Positions 54,612 through 64,000 of a stretch of DNA of 64,000 nt are shown here, piece after piece. The DNA comes from Candidatus Gottesmanbacteria bacterium UBA5942 (GTDB lineage: Bacteria > Patescibacteriota > Microgenomatia > UBA10105 > UBA927), in NCBI GenBank assembly GCA_002430725.1, contig DJCU01000008.1, forward strand, positions 393 to 64,392. The letters are read 5' to 3'. The notes beneath the pieces are model-generated. The model had not been told where the DNA came from, did not search any database, and saw only the letters and a program-made list of their open reading frames with translations. The position numbers were made by a program, and so were the translations under genes. How positions within the stretch are numbered: the stretch's first letter is position 1; each line of letters begins with the position of its first letter.

Positions 54612-57600
54612 TTAATTTATGTTTATCCCTTCTAGATTGATACCCTCGAGATTAAAATTGGTAGTTCCATCCGTTGTTGTGAATGAAAAGGGAGTGCCCT
54701 GGGTAGGAGACCACGTGTTTGTGCCCGCTGGATCAATACTGTAGCTACGCCAATAATATGTGGTGCTCACCGTAAGCGGTGTCTGGATAGTGTAGGTTGC
54801 TTGAGTGCCTGATGTATAAGCAGTGCTGGTTTGTGTATTTTGACCGCTCCAGCCAGTTTGCGAGCTGGTTTGATCAAAAGTTTGGCAGTTAGCGGTCATG
54901 CCAACGTTGGTGCATAGCTCAATTTTGTAGCGGAGGTAATCGCCATCTGCGTCTGTTCCTGTTGTTTTGAGATTAAGGGTAAGCGTTCGATTTGTTGCTT
55001 CGTCAGTAGGACTGTCTAACGTTGGGGCTGCTTGTGCTGCGTTCATGGTAAATGATGCGGTTTCCGATGACCATTCTCCTTCAGTGTTGTCGTCATCCCA
55101 AAATGCGAACCGGACATAATAGGTCGTTCCTTGTGACAGTGCACTTCCGGCATAGGAAATATCTGCGCATCGGTTGCCAGCAGTGCAATCGGTAATACTG
55201 GTTCCCGAAGCACCCGAATCCCATAAGACTGATGAAAAATTACTGTTGTCATCGACCTGTATGCGGTATTTGTTCGCGATGTCACCGCTGTCGGTGTCTA
55301 CATATATCGCGGAAAATTCAGGAGTTGTATCGATGACCCCTGTCGGATTTGTTGCCCCTTCAGTAAGAATAGTTGTCGGCACTGACGGTGCGACATTGGT
55401 GCGGTAGTCGAGGGTTACCGATGTTAGTTGTGAAGAAACTGCTTCATCGGAAGAGTGGAGGATAGCGCGGTACTGAAAGTAACGGTTGCCAGTTGAACTG
55501 GTGATCGTGGAATTGCCAGGGGTGGTGAGATAATCACCTGCGCTGCGTAGATCATCTATCCAGATAGTGCGACCCTCCGTATTGTCAGTAAGCCTCAATG
55601 TCATCAGTGTTGTTGCATTGAGGTGTGATACAAGCGGCTCGGTAATATTCCAGTATTCGCGTTGCCACTTAAATACCGATGCGTTTGCGGTAAATCCACC
55701 AGAGGGGAAGGTGCTTCCCGTGTCCCACGATGCGACAGTTGTAGCTCCGGTGCTTGTTGTCATTGCTGTTACTGTACCCTGTGCGATGTACTCAGTGCCG
55801 TCATAGTTTTCGCGGACGATGACTTTGTCACCGAGATAGAGTCCGCTTCCTTTACTCGTGAGACCGTAGCTTGTTGCATCAACAGTGAAGCTGGTATCAT
55901 CGCTGTCAGCAATCAGGTTTCCGCTATCTAGAAGAGCTGCAAAATCGATGGTAATGGGATGTGTTCGTAGTCCCGCTTCGTACGCTTGACGGATTTCATC
56001 TGCGGAGCGGGCAACATTGCTTAATCGTACTTCATCGATATTGCCCGACCAATTTTGGGAGATGCCGTCATAGGTACCGATATAGGTCGTATTACTATTG
56101 GTTGCCATGGTAGCAGGTGCCCCAGTGCCGGATTTGACGAGAACACCATTAATATAGATGTAGTAGGAGGTGCCGGACTTTACCCATGCGACATGACTCC
56201 ATTGATTAAGGGGGAGCGCACCACCGGTAACATCGGATATTGTCCATGCGGCTCCTGATCCAATATAGAACGATACTTGAGCGCCATACTGACCCACATA
56301 GAGAACGTGTTGTTTACTGAATACCCGATAGTGAGTTGAAGCCGCTTGTGCAGTTGGGTATACCCATGCGTCTGCGGTCATATCCGTAAGGTTGTCGACT
56401 TGCGTGATAGATCCGAGGTTTATACTATCGTATGCGCCATTAAATGCTTTTGCGCCTCCGATTTTCCCTGCAGTATGAGTGACTCCCACCGTTATTGCGT
56501 TTCGGTTGTTTCCTGTGGCATCCTGGAGCGAATACGCGGGGATGACGGAAATTTCTTCGAATGTGCCGGTGTGCTGATATTGGGCTACCTGGACGCGCAT
56601 CGGGGTATTGGAAACAGACGAATCAGCGGCAAGAAGCGTTGTCCAGTTGGTGTACGCGCCGCCTCGGATAGAATAGCTTGCGGTGTTAGCGGTGGTGAGG
56701 GTTATTTTAATCTCATATCGAGTATTTGCGGCATAACCGGAACCGTATGGTCCTCCGGTTTGAGCTCCATTTTGGTAGACATAGAACGATCCCGCGTTAA
56801 AATACAACGCGTGGTTTATATTCGTATAAGAGGGTGTTGCAGTTGTGTCTGTCGCAAAGCCGATCATCATGTGGTTGGGGGCAGCGACACTTGCACCGGT
56901 AAGAAACCGGGCATAAATTGTCTGACCTATTGTTCTGGTGTACCGCGCCTGAGACACTATTGCAGAATCCCATGCCGCAGCTGCACCTGCAGTGAGGACA
57001 ATACCGTTATTTTGGGCGATTTTGTTTGCATTGGGATCGGTTTCCGCCCATTTTTGGGCATTAATCGTTGTGCCGGGAAATGTATCATCAGCAATCGGAT
57101 GTTGCTCGTCCAGGTGCCATAAAGCGACTGTATTGTTATCGGGCTGATAGTTTGCAAATCCGGATTCGCCCATGGTAGCAGACATATATGTGCCAGGTTT
57201 GTCTGCAGCAATTGCAAACGGGAGACTCGTTTTGGTGGAAAGGTCGGTAGACGATAGAGTTGTAGATATTGTGTGATCGCGTCCTGCCCGGTATGCTTCG
57301 GCGGCTTCCAGAGCGGTTCCTGCGACATTTCGTATCACCACTTCATCGATTCTGCCGTCAAAAAAGAGTTCCGATGCATAGTTGCTGGCACCGATTTTGA
57401 GGGTGGTCGTCGTGTTTTGTACGTTCGTAAAAGATGTGCTTGCGAATTGACCCTCCAGTCGACCGTTGACATAGAGGTAACACGTATCGCTCGTGTCGAA
57501 CGTGGCATAGATATGAGTCCAAGTACCGGCATTTGGGAGAAAACCTGCGTCACAGCTAATTTGGTTATTGGAAGCATCCCGTACGGCAAATCGGATTCCT

Positions 57601-60600
57601 TCTCCTCCGTTCAAGCGAATAAAGAATGCATTGCCCGCAGCGGTGTAATCAGCTTTTGCCACAATACTATTGTGATCTGAGGCGCTCGGAAGCGTATCGG
57701 GATTGATCCAGACTGATATGGTTCCTTGCGTTGCCCCATCAAGGATTGTGACATCTCCGATATCGACCACGTCGTCCGTCCCGTCAAAATTTCGTGCGGT
57801 TTTTACCGCTCCTTTACCACTCGTTGTGCCGGTTGGAGTCCCATGATTGGCATTGGTACTCAGATCATGGATGTACGCCCCAGTCCCATCCGTTTCATCC
57901 ATCGGCCAGTAGCCTACCGTTGCCGCATCGATGGGGAGCTGACCGGTTTGTATTTTCTGTGCGGCTGTTCCCTCTGTTTTTATCACCGTATCCGTTGATG
58001 GGTGCATCGTATTTGGGTTGGTAGAACCGGCAAGATATTTTTCCCGGATAGTATTTGCCGATAGCGCTGTATCATATATCCTCACTTCATCAATAGAGCC
58101 ACCAAAATAGTTGCCGCGTCCCACCGGACCGACATATGGCGGACAGGCGCCGATATCGAGTTCACCATTGGGAGCAATTTGCGTGCCGGTAATTGTCCCC
58201 GATGCATGGAATTCACCATCAAGATAGGTTGAAACTGTTGTTCCCAATATCGTCATAACACCATGATGCCATTGGTTGTCGGTAACAACGCTGGTGCTTA
58301 CTGGTGCTATGTTGGAAGTTGTGTTGTAGTATTGGCCAACAAACTTTCCATTGGTATCCACACCGATCGAATACAGGGCTCTCGTGCCAGTTGCCGTATC
58401 TTTCCGCACAAGACATTGAAATGCAGATGGTATTGCCGCGATTTTAAACCACGCCTCTACGGTAAGCGGGTCGGCAAGCTGGAGCGATGCATCATCTGCA
58501 ACACTTATGTAACTGCTCGTACCGTTGAATTGTCGTCCGTTGCCAAAAGCGCCATCGGTAATTATTGCGTTGCTTGCAGCTCCATCGTTTACTCCCGTTT
58601 GGTCGCAAGTGTCGTTGGTGCCGCCAGTGCAGGTATTGTCGGCAGTTTCATCCATTGGCCAGTAGGAGACAAGATTGGCTTCTGCAGTGTCAGAAAGATA
58701 CGTGCTGTCGTAGGCGTTGATTGCTGTCTCTCCGGTAATTGGTCGCCATGCTTCCCAGCTGCCGTCATCAGGGGAGCTGTCGGCACCCACCCGGGTTTGC
58801 AGCTCGACATTGCCGGCGTTGTAGTTAGAAAGGATTTCAGATGCCGTAAGAGCGCGTGCGTACACCGACACTGCATCAATCGTTCCGTTCCAATAGAGGC
58901 TCGACCCTCTATTGCCGATATAAAATGGGCCGGTTGAATCGGTTACCTGAGTACCTGTTTTGGTTGTTGATGAGCCCGATAATACGCCATCAACATAAAG
59001 ACTGATAGTTGTGCCGTCATACGTTCCCGTTAGATAATGCCACAGACCGTCATTAACCGGTTTATTACTTTGGGCAACCATATACCCGGTATCCGAAGTG
59101 TTAAGGAGGATAAAGTTTGCGTATCCGGCAACATTAAGCCCCGTTTCAAAGCTATATGAATACTGTCCTGTCGCAGCACCTTTCGCAAGGATCATTTGCC
59201 GTGCAGTATTAGTTGTTTTGACCCACGCGCTGACAGACCAATTTCGTGATCCTATATCCAAATTACTTGTTCCTCCGCATGTTCCGTCTGCGCAGGTTAT
59301 ATAATCTGAAGAGCCGTTAAACATCACTGCTCCCGCTCCCCATCGTTTATTGGCTGCAGTCCAACCTGATCCTGCTGCGGCATCCTGGCTTCCTGTTTCA
59401 CTGAAGCCGGTGAGTGTCCCATCGCACGATGCTCCGCAGGAGCCTGCCGCGTTGTCTGCAGTCGTTCCGCTTGTTTCATTGAAATTCCACTGGGCAACAA
59501 GGCTCGTTGTATCATTGAGCGTTTCACCATCACCGGTGGCGACACCCAGCTCATTCCAAGAGAATGAATTCCATTGCATAAGGGTTGACGTGCCACTGGT
59601 GAGATCAATGACATCAGACGTGTAGGTGCTATATGGTCGTCTACTTGCTGCGAGCATAATTTCTTCGGGCGACTTGGCCACTCCGCTTATGCGGATTTCA
59701 TCAATTTCTCCGTCAAACCAGTTGCCAAGCGTCCCGTTACAGGTTGTATCAGCGTCCGTACCAATGAGTAATCCGCACGTACTGAAGCTCATGGGTGCCG
59801 CATCATTTCCTACGACCGTATCAACAATGCCATTGATGTAGAGTAATATGACGGAGCCTGATCGTGTTACCGCAATATGTTGCCAGTCTGTGGTAATTGT
59901 GCGAGTTGATGCAAGCCGGACGAGGGCGTTGGTTGCAACGTTGATGACGTTGGATGTGATATGAATATAGAGTTCGTTACCTCCACTGCCGTCTGTTGCC
60001 ATGAAGATCATCTCGTCCGTTGTCGTGTCAGGCTTGACCCAGGCTTCGTAGGTAAAGTCGCCTGTGGGAAGCGATGGGCTGCTTACCTCGATGTAATCAC
60101 TTGTGCCATTAAATGTGCGCGATGCTGATCCCACTTTCGGAGTGCTGGTGTCGATGGTTGTGCCGGTTGCCACTCCGTGGCGTCCGTTGCCGCTTGTATC
60201 ACACATGTCTTGACCTCCAGAGCAACTATTGTCAGCCGATTCATCAAGGTGCCAAAGCGCAATAGTATTGCTGTCTGCAACGTGCGGTTGGTTGGGGGTT
60301 TCTAAAACAGGTGACGACCCTGAACCTGTGTCTTTTAGTCTGTTCATTTGTCCGGTCGCAAATTCGCTCGATGTATCGTGGACAACCGTGGGGTCTATGG
60401 TAATGGGGTACGCTCGTGCAGGATCAGATAGCCATGATGGATCCATGTCGAGCACGAGCATATAGGAGCGCTCCGCTATTCCTGATCCTGCTGGTTTTGT
60501 GACAGGTCCGAGAAGTTGTTGTGATATATAAGTATACTTATTTATATCTTTTGATATTTTTTTGTAGGCACTCGCATTGTCTGTCAGGCGGTATCTGATG

Positions 60601-61181
60601 TTTCGCGTAACCGCGCCATTTGCGTCTACAGCGAATGGCTGCATGACATGAAATTGATACTCTCCATGTTGATCGACAAACACGATTTGTCCTTCTGGAG
60701 TGACAACTGGTCGTGCGTTGGTGACCGACAGCGTAGAAAGAAACGTATTTCTCCCTTGAGGTTTACTGAGGATAATTTCTTCTTTGATACCGTTTGGAAG
60801 TGATTGGTATCGTATACCTAACCCTTCTTCTGTGGTGTAGTTTACTTCTTTCGCATTATGTTTTGTGTCCGCAGCGGTAACTGCCATAGCAAATGTTGCT
60901 TTTGATACTCCTCGAGATACTGAAAGAGAGACTGCTTGTTTTTTCGCTTCCAGCTGGGTGGTAAGACCTTCGTTGTGCCGGATAGTAAATTGATCAGAGA
61001 GTAACGATTTTTTTACGACCGAGTTGGGAGAATGAGTGAATGACCGGATAAAGGGAAAAGCCACGAGTGGGATTGCGATAACAGCGATGATATATACCAA
61101 CACATGACGTTTTGTCATCATGTGCTTCACCCATTTAAGCATTTTTACTGATGTGTGGCGTATATGATGTGAATGTTTCAT
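54612..61181 (-). CDS. Giant (2189 aa) N-terminally anchored surface protein with at least 5 LamG/ConA-like lectin domains and C-terminal FN3-like modules
   Basis: N-terminal TM helix VLVYIIAVIAIPLVAFPF. Five repeats of the Laminin_G_3 pattern F(N/D)G(T/S)xDY(I/V)x(V/I)..<20 aa>..(E/S)AW(V/F)K..<~60 aa>..W(H/Q)H(I/V)..(L/Y)Y(V/I)(N/D)G: FNGTSDYIEVS..FTYEAWVKPD..WQHIAVTRSGS..LYINGI; FNGSSDYITCA..SVSAWVKTT..WHYLTGTYDG..LYVDGV; FNGTSSYISVA..TVEAWFKIA..WHHGVMT; FDGTDDVVDIG..ISVWINPD..WTHIYATF..LYVNGR; FNGAYDSINLG..TADAWVYPT..WSHVAWVKSG..IYINGV. C-terminal FN3-like units (YYVRFAFWDDDNTEGEWS; YYWRSYSIDPAGTNTWS). Confidence 0.85.
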   Translation of the reverse strand: MKHSHHIRHTSVKMLKWVKHMMTKRHVLVYIIAVIAIPLVAFPFIRSFTHSPNSVVKKSLLSDQFTIRHNEGLTTQLEAKKQAVSLSVSRGVSKATFAMAVTAADTKHNAKEVNYTTEEGLGIRYQSLPNGIKEEIILSKPQGRNTFLSTLSVTNARPVVTPEGQIVFVDQHGEYQFHVMQPFAVDANGAVTRNIRYRLTDNASAYKKISKDINKYTYISQQLLGPVTKPAGSGIAERSYMLVLDMDPSWLSDPARAYPITIDPTVVHDTSSEFATGQMNRLKDTGSGSSPVLETPNQPHVADSNTIALWHLDESADNSCSGGQDMCDTSGNGRHGVATGTTIDTSTPKVGSASRTFNGTSDYIEVSSPSLPTGDFTYEAWVKPDTTTDEMIFMATDGSGGNELYIHITSNVINVATNALVRLASTRTITTDWQHIAVTRSGSVILLYINGIVDTVVGNDAAPMSFSTCGLLIGTDADTTCNGTLGNWFDGEIDEIRISGVAKSPEEIMLAASRRPYSTYTSDVIDLTSGTSTLMQWNSFSWNELGVATGDGETLNDTTSLVAQWNFNETSGTTADNAAGSCGASCDGTLTGFSETGSQDAAAGSGWTAANKRWGAGAVMFNGSSDYITCADGTCGGTSNLDIGSRNWSVSAWVKTTNTARQMILAKGAATGQYSYSFETGLNVAGYANFILLNTSDTGYMVAQSNKPVNDGLWHYLTGTYDGTTISLYVDGVLSGSSTTKTGTQVTDSTGPFYIGNRGSSLYWNGTIDAVSVYARALTASEILSNYNAGNVELQTRVGADSSPDDGSWEAWRPITGETAINAYDSTYLSDTAEANLVSYWPMDETADNTCTGGTNDTCDQTGVNDGAASNAIITDGAFGNGRQFNGTSSYISVADDASLQLADPLTVEAWFKIAAIPSAFQCLVRKDTATGTRALYSIGVDTNGKFVGQYYNTTSNIAPVSTSVVTDNQWHHGVMTILGTTVSTYLDGEFHASGTITGTQIAPNGELDIGACPPYVGPVGRGNYFGGSIDEVRIYDTALSANTIREKYLAGSTNPNTMHPSTDTVIKTEGTAAQKIQTGQLPIDAATVGYWPMDETDGTGAYIHDLSTNANHGTPTGTTSGKGAVKTARNFDGTDDVVDIGDVTILDGATQGTISVWINPDTLPSASDHNSIVAKADYTAAGNAFFIRLNGGEGIRFAVRDASNNQISCDAGFLPNAGTWTHIYATFDTSDTCYLYVNGRLEGQFASTSFTNVQNTTTTLKIGASNYASELFFDGRIDEVVIRNVAGTALEAAEAYRAGRDHTISTTLSSTDLSTKTSLPFAIAADKPGTYMSATMGESGFANYQPDNNTVALWHLDEQHPIADDTFPGTTINAQKWAETDPNANKIAQNNGIVLTAGAAAAWDSAIVSQARYTRTIGQTIYARFLTGASVAAPNHMMIGFATDTTATPSYTNINHALYFNAGSFYVYQNGAQTGGPYGSGYAANTRYEIKITLTTANTASYSIRGGAYTNWTTLLAADSSVSNTPMRVQVAQYQHTGTFEEISVIPAYSLQDATGNNRNAITVGVTHTAGKIGGAKAFNGAYDSINLGSITQVDNLTDMTADAWVYPTAQAASTHYRVFSKQHVLYVGQYGAQVSFYIGSGAAWTISDVTGGALPLNQWSHVAWVKSGTSYYIYINGVLVKSGTGAPATMATNSNTTYIGTYDGISQNWSGNIDEVRLSNVARSADEIRQAYEAGLRTHPITIDFAALLDSGNLIADSDDTSFTVDATSYGLTSKGSGLYLGDKVIVRENYDGTEYIAQGTVTAMTTSTGATTVASWDTGSTFPSGGFTANASVFKWQREYWNITEPLVSHLNATTLMTLRLTDNTEGRTIWIDDLRSAGDYLTTPGNSTITSSTGNRYFQYRAILHSSDEAVSSQLTSVTLDYRTNVAPSVPTTILTEGATNPTGVIDTTPEFSAIYVDTDSGDIANKYRIQVDDNSNFSSVLWDSGASGTSITDCTAGNRCADISYAGSALSQGTTYYVRFAFWDDDNTEGEWSSETASFTMNAAQAAPTLDSPTDEATNRTLTLNLKTTGTDADGDYLRYKIELCTNVGMTANCQTFDQTSSQTGWSGQNTQTSTAYTSGTQATYTIQTPLTVSTTYYWRSYSIDPAGTNTWSPTQGTPFSFTTTDGTTNFNLEGINLEGININ
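56100..60270 (-). other. LamG/ConA-like domain array (5 copies) within the giant surface protein
   Basis: See the parent CDS. The first copy begins just after ALWHLDE (about nt 60250-60270). The fifth copy (AKAFNGAYDSINLGS) maps to about 56410-56460 and extends to about 56100. Confidence 0.75.
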
Positions 61182-61182
61182 A

Positions 61183-64000
61183 TTAGTTAATAATCCACCA
61201 GTTAAAGTTTATAGGTGTTGTGAGCGCAGTGTCTATGGCGACAATAAACCCAACCCCTGGCAGTTTTTCTTTGACATACAATACCTGATTGCCAGTGCTT
61301 GAAAGTGGGGTGAGGTAGACGAGCGAGTCAGCTGCAACCTGACTTGAAAGTACGGTGACCTCGCTGAAATTGGCCGGAAGTATGTTCGAGCCAACTGTGT
61401 TGGTCGGTATCGCAGACTCACTTGATGAAGTAGTGGTGTCGAGGCTGATATTAAGTTTATTTACCGTTGCTGATCCGGATGCGATGAGGCTATTTGCAGC
61501 AACACTCCCTGCAAATGTCGCGCTGCCTGAAGCATCGATGACAGCAACGGTTTCGTTGTTTACTCCTTTGATGACCAGATCAGCAAAGCTGGATGAGGGG
61601 GTAGCCTGTTCTTCCAAGAATGGGTTGGGGATTTCGTTACTCAGGTTAATTGTCAGATCGCCTCCAGTTACTGGAGAAATAGTGCCGATTCCTAATACAC
61701 CGCCAACGGTGGTATCACCTGAGACTGCGAGGTTGCCCCGCATAAATATGCGGTTGTAGATATCGACAAGGATAGTGCCATTGAGGATATCAACATTTGC
61801 CAGTTTGTTTTTCTGGATATAGAGGGTTTCGCCAATTGTTTCGATAACGTTTTCTGCAAATCGTATGATGCCGTCAATTAAGAGCGAGCCGGTGATTGCG
61901 GTACTTGAAAGTAATGTGTCTCCGAGGACAAATAAGTCAGTATTGACGGTCACATTTCCGTCATTAACGATTACTGCATTCCCAAGGGAAGGTGATGAGG
62001 ATGGCGGGGGAGTTAGTTGACCTGATGATGTACCAAGGGTTGAGAGTGAGTTCTCAAGTGACTGGAAGCGAGTATCGAGATCGCCAAAGCTCGTGACAAT
62101 GCGATCAGCAAATAGTTGACCAGCAATCGTTGCATCCTGCGTGGTGATAGTGTCGCTGGTAAGATCACCGGTAATAGTTGCGTCTCCTGTGACATCGATG
62201 TTTTCTGCGGTAAGCGTGCCAGATAGTGTTGCGTTTCCGAGGGCATCGAAGGAGGTTACCACTTCATTGGTTTGAGTATTTTGTATTGTTACTTCTTGTG
62301 ACTCGTTAAGGTCAAAGCTAATCGTACCCGACTCCGTTGCGATTGGCGAAATACTATTTGTCCGTAATGAGGTAATGTCAGCTACCGGTGAGGTGATTGA
62401 TTCTGTCACGACGACCCGACCAAAGAGACCGTTTATGCTTTGAATAAGCCCTGTCTGTAGGTTGGCAATCATGAGGCGTGCAAATGCAGCAGAGTCCTCA
62501 ATGATTTCGTTTGATATAGAATTATGTATTCTGTAAGCTGATGCCGATGCATCAATTGGTTCAATAGCAAGATCAGCAAGCGGATCGATAATTTCGGCAT
62601 CTGGGCCTGATGACGACCACCAGCCATTATCATAATCCACGATAAATCCATCCGGGTCATCATTAGATCGGGTAGTAGACCAGTTTTCCCAGTCATAGCG
62701 GGGAGCAGTGAGACGGTATGAAACCTCTGATGGTCGAGATGTATAGATAGATAGCTTGAGTGTATTTCGATCAAATCCATACCATGCTCTCGTGTTGCTG
62801 CTCGGCGAGAGCAGGACGACAAACTGGTCTGCATTTCTTTTAAGATCTGTAGTGCGTGAGAACAACCAGAGATCGGTGCCTTCTGGTTCAGTGGTAAAGT
62901 CGATAACTGCGCGGTAGCCAACACCGGCAACATAATCATTGGTGGTAATTGTGCCGGTTGTTTCTTCTTTAACACCGGTCATGCCCGCAAGATAGGTGGC
63001 GTAGTTGTTGCCATTTATTGTATATGGAGGATCGTACGTACCTGCATTAATACGTCCAGTACAGGTGCTACCGTCTACGCTTATACAGACTTCTGCGCTG
63101 TCACCTGCGCTGCGATCACCATTTCCGAGAATAATGAGGCCGGTGCCCGCACCTATGGTGATGTTGTTGTTACCATTTGACGTGATGCTAAATGCTCCGT
63201 CACTAATGATATTCCCGTCTACCATGATGGATGTCGTACCATTTGCCGGGTCTATATAGTACGTTCCTGCAGCGTTTCCGAGGTCAACAAACCGTTCACC
63301 AGTGACGTCACCGTCATTTTCTACTCTGAATTTGGTAACACCTGAAGCAGATGCAGAAATAATATCTTGGTTTTCGAATTGGTCAAATATGGCAGCTGCG
63401 CGACCAGTCGTGTAGAGCGAGGGGAGCGGGTTTGATATAACATGGAGCTTCGCAACCGGTGTGACTTGATTGCCAATGCCGATGTTCCCGTTTCCTAACA
63501 TGGTAAAGCTTGGTGTGTCATCGTTGTTGGCAATTTGAAATACCGTTTCGGCATTAGTACCGCCTTGGGTAGAATCCACATCGAGGTCGCCAATACTTGT
63601 TCCATTTGCCTTGCCTCCAATTATTTTGATTGCTGGAGTTGAGTTTGCGGGAGTGGTCGAGCCGATTACACCACGAATACTTAATGCCTGTGCATCACTT
63701 TCGGTAATAGCAGTAAGCTGCGCACCTCCGGCGCTTGACGACAGGGGAGCAACATGGAGAATGACGTCTGTTTGTGCAAGCGTTGTTAATCCATGGGCTA
63801 TGTCTCCATCTGAAAGTGCAAATGACGGATCGCTAGAGGCGGCTGACGAAATCTCAATGTCATAGTCGGGTGTCGCATCGTTGACACCAAAATTTCCTAC
63901 AATATCTATATTAGTGATATCCGTAAGACTATCGGCGGAGAAGTCAACGATGTCAGAGGCGGCGTCTATCGTGATATCTCCTGTGGTATTAGAGATAACA
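61183..64000 (-). CDS. Fibrous Gly/Thr/Asn/Ile-rich surface protein, 5'-partial (open to window edge)
   Basis: The ORF track lists 61183-63579 starting at a GTG. I translated the same frame upstream (63580-63999) and found no stop, so the gene continues beyond the right edge (at least 939 codons). The sequence is low-complexity and repetitive (GNGNIGIGNQ; NGTILVDIYNRIFMRGNLAVSGDTTVGGVLGIGT), typical of beta-helical fibre or adhesin proteins. Its stop is 2 nt from the LamG gene start. Confidence 0.7.
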   Translation of the reverse strand, partial: VISNTTGDITIDAASDIVDFSADSLTDITNIDIVGNFGVNDATPDYDIEISSAASSDPSFALSDGDIAHGLTTLAQTDVILHVAPLSSSAGGAQLTAITESDAQALSIRGVIGSTTPANSTPAIKIIGGKANGTSIGDLDVDSTQGGTNAETVFQIANNDDTPSFTMLGNGNIGIGNQVTPVAKLHVISNPLPSLYTTGRAAAIFDQFENQDIISASASGVTKFRVENDGDVTGERFVDLGNAAGTYYIDPANGTTSIMVDGNIISDGAFSITSNGNNNITIGAGTGLIILGNGDRSAGDSAEVCISVDGSTCTGRINAGTYDPPYTINGNNYATYLAGMTGVKEETTGTITTNDYVAGVGYRAVIDFTTEPEGTDLWLFSRTTDLKRNADQFVVLLSPSSNTRAWYGFDRNTLKLSIYTSRPSEVSYRLTAPRYDWENWSTTRSNDDPDGFIVDYDNGWWSSSGPDAEIIDPLADLAIEPIDASASAYRIHNSISNEIIEDSAAFARLMIANLQTGLIQSINGLFGRVVVTESITSPVADITSLRTNSISPIATESGTISFDLNESQEVTIQNTQTNEVVTSFDALGNATLSGTLTAENIDVTGDATITGDLTSDTITTQDATIAGQLFADRIVTSFGDLDTRFQSLENSLSTLGTSSGQLTPPPSSSPSLGNAVIVNDGNVTVNTDLFVLGDTLLSSTAITGSLLIDGIIRFAENVIETIGETLYIQKNKLANVDILNGTILVDIYNRIFMRGNLAVSGDTTVGGVLGIGTISPVTGGDLTINLSNEIPNPFLEEQATPSSSFADLVIKGVNNETVAVIDASGSATFAGSVAANSLIASGSATVNKLNISLDTTTSSSESAIPTNTVGSNILPANFSEVTVLSSQVAADSLVYLTPLSSTGNQVLYVKEKLPGVGFIVAIDTALTTPINFNWWIIN

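Noticed and set aside
56346-57122. 258-aa Cys-rich + strand ORF, and several other 60-220 aa + strand ORFs across 55-61 kb
   Set aside because: They lie antisense to the giant LamG gene, whose Gly/Thr/Ser/Asn-rich codons give open antisense frames rich in Cys/Arg/Val. There is no independent coding signal, so I treat them as shadow ORFs.
1-64000. CRISPR arrays, tRNA/rRNA genes, transposases, integrases, prophage structural genes
   Set aside because: No regularly spaced direct repeats were seen. Intergenic gaps are all under 235 nt and most under 60 nt. No ORF has DDE transposase, recombinase or capsid/terminase motifs. The fibre-like ORF at the right edge is the only phage-reminiscent element and lacks supporting context.

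Overview
This is a gene-dense window with almost no intergenic space and many 4-30 nt gene overlaps. It has no rRNA, tRNA, CRISPR array, transposase or integrase that I could find. The content (three tandem type IV pilins, two giant surface or effector ORFs, about nine polytopic GT-C-type membrane glycosyltransferase paralogs, leaderless-type promoters) strongly resembles Candidate Phyla Radiation (Patescibacteria) or other small-genome episymbiont genomes. That lineage call is inference only.

Layout:
(i) 1-12740 (+): the 3' 12.7 kb of a giant ORF. It is at least 4246 codons; the frame stays open to position 3, so the 5' end lies outside the window. Its in-window N-terminal part is a SecA-family motor ATPase core, recognised from memory of SecA motifs. 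This is fused to more than 3400 aa containing a GNAT fold, two tandem degenerate GGDEF-like palm domains, a TM hairpin with an HExxH motif, an about 80-aa internal repeat, a poly-Pro linker and a roughly 430-aa Cys-rich C-terminal domain with a second HExxH motif.
(ii) 12.7-30.8 kb: a mostly minus-strand run of GT-C-like membrane proteins (YfhO-like, ArnT/PMT-like; one carries a C-terminal NPCBM carbohydrate-binding domain), a LmbE/PIG-L deacetylase and an RmlC/FdtA-like cupin.
(iii) 30.9-37.4 kb (+): a lipid-linked amino-sugar cassette: GT2, LbH acetyltransferase, DegT aminotransferase, GT2, SAM methyltransferase, GT2, DegT.
(iv) 37.4-51.0 kb: a second glycan-assembly block: GT-C, GT4, LRR membrane protein, two O-antigen-ligase (Wzy_C)-like proteins (one with TPR-like repeats), GT4, GT2, a radical SAM/SPASM-like enzyme, an Alg13/Alg14-like split glycosyltransferase pair and GT2.
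(v) 51.1-52.9 kb (+): three tandem type IV (pseudo)pilin genes.
(vi) 53.2-64.0 kb (-): a surface operon: a 5'-partial fibrous Gly/Thr/Asn-rich protein (open to the window edge), a 2189-aa protein with at least five LamG/ConA-like domains plus FN3-like modules, and two small secreted or anchored proteins.

The most unusual object is the giant SecA-like fusion ORF.
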